Below are positions 56,701 through 64,000 of a stretch of DNA of 64,000 nt, one piece after another. The translations under genes and the position numbers were made by a program. The notes under the pieces are model-generated. The model was not told where the DNA came from. It worked only from the letters and a program-made list of their open reading frames with translations, and did no database searches. The stretch comes from Burkholderiales bacterium (GTDB lineage Bacteria; Pseudomonadota; Gammaproteobacteria; Burkholderiales; SG8-39), in contig DATGGA010000064.1 of NCBI GenBank assembly GCA_035308765.1, positions 39,310 through 103,309 on the forward strand. The letters are read 5' to 3'. How positions within the stretch are numbered: the first letter of the stretch is position 1; the number at the start of each line of letters is the position of its first letter.

Positions 56701-57463
56701 ATGCGCCGCCGTCCATCAGCAGGTTCTGGCCGGTAATGAAGCCGGCGTGCGTGCTGCAGAGGAACGCGCAGGCGGCGCCGAACTCCCCGATGTTGCCGAA
56801 GCGCTTGGCCGGGTTGGCCTGAACGCGCACTTTCTCCAGCTCGGCTTCCGTCTTTCCCAGTTTCTGCGCGTTGAACTTCAGGTTGCTGCGCAGCCGGTCG
56901 GTGTCGAAGGGTCCCGGCAGCAGGCCGTTGATGGTTACGTTGTGCGCCACCGTCTGGCGCGACAGGCCGGCGACGAAGCCCGTCAACCCGGTGCGCGCGC
57001 CGTTGGAAAGGCCCAGCTCCGGAATCGGCATTTTCACCGCGCCCGAGGTGATGTTGACGATGCGGCCGAACTTGCGCGCGATCATGCCGTCAACCGTCGC
57101 CTTGATGAGTTCGATCGGCGTCAGCATGTTGGCATCGAGCGCCTTGACCCAGTCCTCGCGCGACCAGCTGCGGAAATCCCCGGGCGGCGGGCCGCCGGCA
57201 TTGTTGACGAGAATGTCGGGGCTCGGGCAGGCGGCAAGCGCCGCGGCGCGTCCTTCGGCCGTGGCGATGTCGCCGGCGACCGCAATCACTTTGACGCCTG
57301 TGCTCTTCCGGATCTCCTCCGCGGTCGCCTCCAGCGCCTCCTTGCCGCGCGCGGTGATGACGAGGTTCACGCCTTCGCGCGCGAGCGCCTGGGCGCAGCC
57401 TTTGCCGAGGCCTTTGGAGGCGGCGCAGACCAGCGCGGTTTTTCCGTTGATTCCCAGATCCAT
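56684..57463 (-). CDS. SDR-family oxidoreductase
   Basis: 259 aa. Cofactor motif (ASKGLGKG) and NNAG. Classical SDR length. Confidence 0.85.
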   Translation of the reverse strand: MDLGINGKTALVCAASKGLGKGCAQALAREGVNLVITARGKEALEATAEEIRKSTGVKVIAVAGDIATAEGRAAALAACPSPDILVNNAGGPPPGDFRSWSREDWVKALDANMLTPIELIKATVDGMIARKFGRIVNITSGAVKMPIPELGLSNGARTGLTGFVAGLSRQTVAHNVTINGLLPGPFDTDRLRSNLKFNAQKLGKTEAELEKVRVQANPAKRFGNIGEFGAACAFLCSTHAGFITGQNLLMDGGAFPGTF

Positions 57464-57465
57464 GT

Positions 57466-58359
57466 TCAGCTCCTTTTGACTGACACCAGCAATACACCGG
57501 AGATCACCAGCGCGCCGCCGACGATCTGCACCGCGGAGAGCGCGCCATGCATGAGAAAGAAATCAGCCAGCACCGTGGTCACCGGCCCGAGCGCGCCGAT
57601 CAGCGCGAAGTGGTTGGCGCCTATGCGCTTCAGCGCCTCGGCGACGAGGAACACGGGCATCACGGTGCACATGGTCACCAGCAGCAGCGCGTACCACCAC
57701 AGCGTCGGCGGCAGGGCGAGCGCCGAAATCGGTTCAAGCAGGAAGAACTGCGCTACCGCAGGCGCGGCGGAGACGATCATCGTGTAGGCGGTGAAGCGGG
57801 CGCTGCCGACGCGCTTCACCAGCTGGCTGCCGGTGACAAGGTAAACGGCATAACACATGGCGGAGCCGAAAATGAGCATGGCTCCGAACATGAACTGCCG
57901 GTGCTCCGGGGCGATGCCGAGCTTGTTGGACAGCACCAGCGCGATGCCCGCATAGGTGATGGCGAGCGCGGTGATTTCTTTCCGGGTCACCGGCTTGCCG
58001 AGAAAGATAGCGCTCAGGATCACCACCAGCGTGGGGTAGAGGAACATGATCAGGCGGCCGAGTCCGGCTGGCACGTATTGCAGGCCGAGAAAGTCGAGCA
58101 GGCTGGCGAGGTAGTAGCCGAGCAAGCCCAGGCCGATGATGCCGTGCCAGTCACGGCGGGCAATCGGCTTTTCGCCGCGAAACCACCAGGCCATGGCGAG
58201 GAAGAAAGGCAGCGACAGCGACATGCGCAGGAACAGCAGCGTCGTTGCGCTTACCGGGGCCGCCGCGTAGCACAGCTTGATCAGCACCGGCCGGAAGGCG
58301 AAGGAAACCACCCCGGCGAGGGCGAACGCGATTCCCCACATCCGGTAGTTGCCGTTCAA
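57466..58359 (-). CDS. EamA/DMT-family transporter
   Basis: 297 aa, about 10 TM helices, duplicated EamA-like halves. Confidence 0.8.
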   Translation of the reverse strand: MNGNYRMWGIAFALAGVVSFAFRPVLIKLCYAAAPVSATTLLFLRMSLSLPFFLAMAWWFRGEKPIARRDWHGIIGLGLLGYYLASLLDFLGLQYVPAGLGRLIMFLYPTLVVILSAIFLGKPVTRKEITALAITYAGIALVLSNKLGIAPEHRQFMFGAMLIFGSAMCYAVYLVTGSQLVKRVGSARFTAYTMIVSAAPAVAQFFLLEPISALALPPTLWWYALLLVTMCTVMPVFLVAEALKRIGANHFALIGALGPVTTVLADFFLMHGALSAVQIVGGALVISGVLLVSVKRS

Positions 58360-58417
58360 CGCCGATTGCCGGGGACGGGGCCGAGGGCGCGCACGATCAT
58401 GACGGTAAAATTACCAC

Positions 58418-59140
58418 ATGGCCGGACACAGCAAATGGGCGAACATCAAGCACCGCAAGGCGGCGGCGGACTCGAAGAAGGGCAAGGTGTTCACGCGCCT
58501 GATCAAGGAAATCACCGTCGCGGCGAAAATGGGCGGCGGCGATCCCGGCACCAATCCGAAGCTGCGCATGATGCTCGACAAGGCGCGCGACGCCAACATG
58601 ACCAAGGAAAGCGTGACGCGCGCCATCCAGCGCGGCACGGGCGAGCTCGAGGGCGTTTCCTACGAGGAAGCGCGCTACGAGGGCTACGGTCCGGGCGGCG
58701 CGGCGGTGATGGTCGATTGCCTCACCGACAACCGCACGCGCACCATCGCCGAAGTGCGCCATGCCTTCAGCAAGAACGGCGGCAACATCGGCGCCGACGG
58801 CTCGGTGGCGTTCCAGTTCAGGCACTGCGGCCAGTTCGTGTTCGCGCCCGGCGCGAGCGAAGACAGGGTGATGGAAGCGGCGCTGGACGCGGGCGCGGAC
58901 GACGTCGTGGCGAACGCCGACGGCTCGATCGAGGTCATATCCCCGCCCGCGGATTTCGACAGGGTGAAGGCGGCGCTCGGGAAGGCGGGCCTCGAGCCCG
59001 ATGCCGCCGAGGTCACCATGAAGGCGCTGAACGAGACTGCCCTCGCGGGCGCAGAGGCCGAGAAGATGCGCGCCTTGCTCGATGCGCTGGATGAAGTGGA
59101 CGACGTGCAGAACGTCTACACCACGGCGGCGCTCGATTGA
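58418..59140 (+). CDS. yebC: YebC/PmpR-family transcriptional regulator
   Basis: Starts [14 protein letters not shown]. 240 aa. Confidence 0.92.
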   Translation: MAGHSKWANIKHRKAAADSKKGKVFTRLIKEITVAAKMGGGDPGTNPKLRMMLDKARDANMTKESVTRAIQRGTGELEGVSYEEARYEGYGPGGAAVMVDCLTDNRTRTIAEVRHAFSKNGGNIGADGSVAFQFRHCGQFVFAPGASEDRVMEAALDAGADDVVANADGSIEVISPPADFDRVKAALGKAGLEPDAAEVTMKALNETALAGAEAEKMRALLDALDEVDDVQNVYTTAALD

Positions 59141-59156
59141 GCAGGAACACGCTCGC

Positions 59157-59672
59157 GTGTTGATCCTCGGCATCGATCCCGGTCTGCGCGTCACGGGATT
59201 CGGTGTCATCGAGCAGACCGGCGGCAAGCTCCGCTATGTCGTCAGCGGTTGCGTGCGATCGGGTGAAGGTGAACTCGCGGCGCGCCTGAAAGTGATCCTC
59301 GACGGCTTGTCGCAGGTGATCGGCGAGCACCGGCCGCAGGAAGTCGCGGTCGAAAAGGTCTTCGTCAACGTGAACCCCCAGTCCACGCTATTGCTCGGCC
59401 AGGCGCGCGGCACCGCGATCTGCGCCGCGGTGATCGCGGGGCTGCCGGTCGCGGAGTACACTGCGCTGCAGGTCAAGCAGGCCGTGGTCGGCAAGGGCCA
59501 CGCAAAAAAAGAACAGGTGCAGCACATGGTCAGAAGGCTGCTCGCACTGCCCGGAGATCCCAGCCCCGATGCCGCCGATGCGCTCGCTTGCGCCATCTGT
59601 CACGCGCATGGGGGGCGGCTGGGGAATGTTTTGACTAAAAATCTCAGAATGAAAAAAGGAAGACTGGTTTGA
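59157..59672 (+). CDS. ruvC: crossover junction endodeoxyribonuclease RuvC
   Basis: GTG start ([18 protein letters not shown]). Catalytic acidic residues in GIDPG and EVAVE. C-terminal DAADALA.A.CH. Confidence 0.85.
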   Translation: MLILGIDPGLRVTGFGVIEQTGGKLRYVVSGCVRSGEGELAARLKVILDGLSQVIGEHRPQEVAVEKVFVNVNPQSTLLLGQARGTAICAAVIAGLPVAEYTALQVKQAVVGKGHAKKEQVQHMVRRLLALPGDPSPDAADALACAICHAHGGRLGNVLTKNLRMKKGRLV

Positions 59673-60238
59673 TCGGCCGCATCTCCGGCAAGCTGCTTTC
59701 CAAGAATCCGCCGCAGGTCCTGCTCGAGGCCGCGGGCGTCGGCTACGAGATTGACGTGCCGATGAGCACGTTCTACAGCCTGCCCGCGACCGGGGACGCG
59801 GTGACCCTGCACACGCACCTTGTGGTGCGCGAAGACGCGCATGTGCTCTATGGTTTCGCGACGCTGGAAGAGCGCGCGGCGTTCCGAAAGCTCATACGCA
59901 TCTCCGGCGTCGGCGCGCGCACCGCGCTGTCGGTCCTTTCCGGCCTGTCGGTCGCCGAGCTCGCGCAGGCAGTGACGCTGCAGGACACGGCGCGCCTCAC
60001 CAAGGTGCCCGGGATCGGAAAAAAAACCGCCGAGCGGCTGCTGCTCGAACTCAAGGGGAAACTCGCCGATACGCTGCCCGCCGACGCCAGGTCCGGCGGC
60101 GGCAACGACGTGCTCAACGCCTTGCTGGGCCTGGGCTACAGCGAGAAGGAGGCGCTGCTCGCGGTGAAGGGGCTGCCTCCGGGCCTCGCCGTGACCGAGG
60201 GCATCCGCGCCGCTCTCAAGGCTCTGGCAAAATCCTGA
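59669..60238 (+). CDS. ruvA: Holliday junction DNA helicase subunit RuvA
   Basis: TTG start overlapping the ruvC stop. MIGRISGKL. Helix-hairpin-helix motifs ([22 protein letters not shown]). Confidence 0.9.
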   Translation: MIGRISGKLLSKNPPQVLLEAAGVGYEIDVPMSTFYSLPATGDAVTLHTHLVVREDAHVLYGFATLEERAAFRKLIRISGVGARTALSVLSGLSVAELAQAVTLQDTARLTKVPGIGKKTAERLLLELKGKLADTLPADARSGGGNDVLNALLGLGYSEKEALLAVKGLPPGLAVTEGIRAALKALAKS

Positions 60239-60239
60239 C

Positions 60240-61285
<1,046 letters not shown>

Positions 61286-61289
<4 letters not shown>

Positions 61290-61699
61290 ATCCGTTTACC
61301 TTCCAGGTGCGCGTCTACTACGAGGATGTGGATGTCGGGGGCGTGGTCTATTACGCCAACTACCTGCGCTACTTCGAGCGCGCACGCAGCGAGTGGCTGC
61401 GCAGCCTGGGAGTGAACCAGGAGCGGCTCGCCGCGGTCGAAGGGATCGGGTTCGTCGTGGCGCGCGCCGAAATCGACTTCAAGGCGGGGGCCAGGCTCGA
61501 CGACCTGCTTGCCGTTACCGTACTGCCCTTGGAAAAAAAGAAAACCTACTTCTGGCTGGCTCAGGAAGTGCGCCTCGCGGACGGCACGCATTTGGGTCGC
61601 ACGTGCGCCGCGGCCCGCATCCAGGCAGCCTGCGTGCGGCACAAGGACATGCGGCCGCAGCCGATTCCGGAATTGCTCCTGGGGAGGATGTCGGCATGA
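61286..61699 (+). CDS. ybgC: Tol-Pal-associated acyl-CoA thioesterase YbgC
   Basis: GTG start overlapping the ruvB stop. Hot-dog fold motif [22 protein letters not shown]. Confidence 0.8.
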
Positions 61700-62379
61700 A
61701 CATCACGCAGGACCTGGAACTCTGGCACCTGATCGCGAACGCGTCCATCGTGGTGAAGGCGGTGATGCTGCTGCTGTTCGCGGTGTCGTTCATGTCGTGG
61801 ATGTTCATCTTCCGCAAATGGATGGCGATCCGCGACGCTCGCGAGAAGACCGAGCAGTTCGAGCGCGAGTTCTGGAGCGGCAACGACATCAATACCCTGT
61901 ACCAGGGTTCGGTCAACAACCGCCATACCATCGGCAGCCTCGAGCGTATTTTCGAGGCCGGCTACCGGGAATTCACGAAGCTGCGCGCACAGCGCGGGAC
62001 GGATGCCTCGACCATGGTGGACGGCGCCAGGCGCGCCATGCGGGCCACCTATCAGCGCGAAATGGACCACCTGGAGCGCCACCTGGCCTTCCTCGCCTCG
62101 ACCGGATCGGTCAGCCCCTATGTCGGCCTGTTCGGCACGGTGTGGGGCATCATGCATGCGTTCCGCAGCCTCGCCAACGTGCAGCAGGCGACGCTGGCGC
62201 AGGTCGCGCCCGGAATCGCCGAGGCGCTGATCGCCACCGCGATCGGCCTGTTCGCGGCGATTCCCGCGGTGGTGGCCTACAACCGCTACTCGCACGACAT
62301 CGACCGGCTTGCGATCCGCTTCGAGAGCTTCATGGAAGAGTTCTCCAACGTGCTGCAGAGGCAGGCGGCGAGGCCGTAG
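61696..62379 (+). CDS. tolQ: Tol-Pal system protein TolQ
   Basis: 227 aa MotA/TolQ/ExbB channel protein (GLFGTVWGIM, EALIATAIGL). Confidence 0.9.
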   Translation: MNITQDLELWHLIANASIVVKAVMLLLFAVSFMSWMFIFRKWMAIRDAREKTEQFEREFWSGNDINTLYQGSVNNRHTIGSLERIFEAGYREFTKLRAQRGTDASTMVDGARRAMRATYQREMDHLERHLAFLASTGSVSPYVGLFGTVWGIMHAFRSLANVQQATLAQVAPGIAEALIATAIGLFAAIPAVVAYNRYSHDIDRLAIRFESFMEEFSNVLQRQAARP

Positions 62380-62792
62380 TGGCGCGGCTGCATTCCAAAC
62401 GCAGCCCGATGCACGAGATCAATGTCGTGCCGTATGTCGATGTGACGCTGGTGCTGCTGGTGATATTCATGGTCACGGCGCCGCTGGTCACACCGGGCGT
62501 GATCGACCTGCCTTCGGTGGCGAAGGCCGGCCAGCCCAAGGTAGTGCCGCTGGAGGTGGTGATCAAGGAAGATGCCTCGCTTTCGCTGCGCGTGCGCGAT
62601 GCCGCGGGCCGGATCGTGAGCGACCGGCCGATGACGCGCGCCGAGATGCCGCAGATATTCAAGGACCCGAAAATCCCGGTGCTGGTCGCCGGCGACAAGA
62701 ACGTGCGCTACGAGGCGGTGCTCCAGGTTATGGATGACCTGCACGCGCAAGGGGTCGAAAAGGTCGGCCTGCAGGTGAAACCGAGGCAATGA
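62379..62792 (+). CDS. tolR: Tol-Pal system protein TolR
   Basis: GTG start overlapping the tolQ stop. EINVVPYVDVTLVLLVIFM motif. Confidence 0.85.
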   Translation: MARLHSKRSPMHEINVVPYVDVTLVLLVIFMVTAPLVTPGVIDLPSVAKAGQPKVVPLEVVIKEDASLSLRVRDAAGRIVSDRPMTRAEMPQIFKDPKIPVLVAGDKNVRYEAVLQVMDDLHAQGVEKVGLQVKPRQ

Positions 62793-63547
62793 GCGCCGCC
62801 AGCGCTGCGCTGTTCGAGGAACGCGTCGACCCGGGGAAGGTCAGCTCGGCGCTGCTCGCGGCCGCGGTTCACCTCGCGCTGCTCGCGGTACTGATATTCG
62901 GCGTGCGATGGCAGAACCGCCCGCCGGAAGCGGTATCCGTCGAACTGTGGGAACCGCCGCCGCCCGCGCCCGTGGTGGAAGCGCCTGCGCCCAAGGTCGA
63001 GCCGCTCCCGGCACCCGAGGTAAAACCCGAGCCCGCGCTCGAAAAGCCCGATATCGCGGTAAAGGCGCCACCGCCGAAGCCCGTGGCCAAGCCGGCGCCG
63101 AAGGCCGAGCCGAAAGCGCCGCCAAAGTCGGAAGCGGTCAAGCCGAAAGCCGATGAAGCGCGCAAGCGCATGCGGCAGGAGCTCGCGCGCGAGCAGGAAT
63201 CGCTCGCGATCGACCGTGAACGCGAGCAGATCAGAGATCAACTCGCCCACGAGGTAAACGCGGGCAATGCGCGGGCGCTGGCGACCTGGATCGGCAAGGT
63301 GCACGACAAAATCCGCAACAACATCGTCCTGCCGCCGGACATCCAGGGCAATCCGGAAGCCGTTTTCCTGGTGGTGCAACTGCCTACCGGGGAAGTGCTC
63401 CCGCCCAGGCTGGTAAAGTCCAGCGGCCACAAAGGCTACGACGACGCGGTCGAGCGCGCGATCCTGAAATCTTCGCCGTTACCCAAGCCCGACAGGCCCG
63501 AACTCTTCGAGCGAGAGTTAAAGCTGACGTTCCGTCCCAAGGACTGA
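62789..63547 (+). CDS. tolA: cell envelope integrity protein TolA
   Basis: N-terminal TM anchor, Pro/Ala/Lys/Glu-rich linker, C-terminal TolA/TonB-like domain. Confidence 0.75.
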   Translation: MSAASAALFEERVDPGKVSSALLAAAVHLALLAVLIFGVRWQNRPPEAVSVELWEPPPPAPVVEAPAPKVEPLPAPEVKPEPALEKPDIAVKAPPPKPVAKPAPKAEPKAPPKSEAVKPKADEARKRMRQELAREQESLAIDREREQIRDQLAHEVNAGNARALATWIGKVHDKIRNNIVLPPDIQGNPEAVFLVVQLPTGEVLPPRLVKSSGHKGYDDAVERAILKSSPLPKPDRPELFERELKLTFRPKD

Positions 63548-63561
63548 AATATAATCACCCG

Positions 63562-64000
63562 ATGAGAAGGCTGCTTGCGGCGGTATTGCTCTGCCTTTCG
63601 GCCGTCGCGGCCAATGCGCAGCTCTCGATCGAGATTACCGGCGCCGGCGCGCAGCGCATCCCGATCGCGATCGTGCCGTTCGCGGGCGAAGGCGCGTTGC
63701 CGACGAGCATTTCCGGAGTGGTTCGCGCAGACCTGGAAAGGAGCGGCCTGTTCCGGCCGCTGGAGGTGCCGCCGCTCAGCCCGCCGCCCACCGAGGCCTC
63801 GAACGTAAATTACGCCGAATGGCGCTCCCGCCTGGCCGACGCGCTGGTGCTTGGCTCGGTGGCGGCGCGACCGGACGGCAGGTTCGTCGTGCGCTTCAAG
63901 CTGTTCGATACGGTGAAGGGCGCGGACCTGTCGGGGGTCGAGTACACGCTGTCGCGCGAGCAGGCGCGCACTACGGCGCACCGCATCGCCGATTTCGTCT
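63562..64000 (+). CDS. tolB: Tol-Pal system beta-propeller protein TolB, N-terminal fragment (3' end outside window)
   Basis: My own translation from the ATG at 63562: MRRLLAAVLLCLSAVAANAQLSIEITGAGAQRIPIAIVPFAGE... The frame is open to the window end and is not in the ORF track because it has no stop. Confidence 0.85.
   Translation, partial: MRRLLAAVLLCLSAVAANAQLSIEITGAGAQRIPIAIVPFAGEGALPTSISGVVRADLERSGLFRPLEVPPLSPPPTEASNVNYAEWRSRLADALVLGSVAARPDGRFVVRFKLFDTVKGADLSGVEYTLSREQARTTAHRIADFV

Overview
GC-rich proteobacterial chromosomal segment. Gene order looks betaproteobacterial (cox cluster; ftsY-ftsE-ftsX-rpoH; lolB-ispE-tRNA-Gln-prs-rplY-pth-ychF; ruvCAB-ybgC-tolQRAB). Coding is dense, and many long ORFs in the track are antisense shadows of real genes, typical of high-GC DNA. 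I found no CRISPR array, IS element, integrase or phage gene.

Layout:
- 1-8.8 kb: aa3-type cytochrome c oxidase structural and assembly cluster.
- 8.8-21 kb: housekeeping genes.
- 21-27.9 kb: small accessory block (MGMT, cNMP-binding protein, ankyrin/DUF2059-like membrane protein, di-haem peroxidase, GNAT, desaturase, gabD).
- 27.9-55.1 kb: a large phosphate-starvation island, namely pstSCAB-phoU-phoBR-sixA, ppx/ppk, dgkA, a ~9.5 kb membrane-lipid gene cluster, a c-di-GMP signalling gene, and phnH-phoD-NPP.
- 55-64 kb: Rieske oxygenase, VOC, SDR, EamA, then yebC-ruvCAB-ybgC-tolQRAB.

Main result, read directly from the sequence: ten promoters between 27.9 and 51.1 kb share one strict layout. 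Each has 7-nt direct repeats (consensus about CTGTCAT/GTTTCAC/CTGTAAC) on an 11-bp register, then 10-11 nt, then a TAnnnT-like (twice CATCnT, once TAAACA) -10 hexamer. This is the classical PhoB Pho-box layout.

Six of these promoters lie inside the lipid cluster, 38.8-48.4 kb. It encodes two paralogous GT4 glycosyltransferases, a PAP2 phosphatase, a PlcP/LpxH-like metallophosphoesterase, a pyruvoyl PSD-like decarboxylase, an N-terminally extended class-III aminotransferase, a PssA-like CDP-alcohol phosphatidyltransferase and two unknown polytopic membrane proteins. I propose this is a Pho-regulated lipid-remodelling system that goes beyond the known PlcP-Agt glycolipid pathway and may make an undescribed amino- or glyco-lipid head group. 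The product and the regulation are inference and need experiments.
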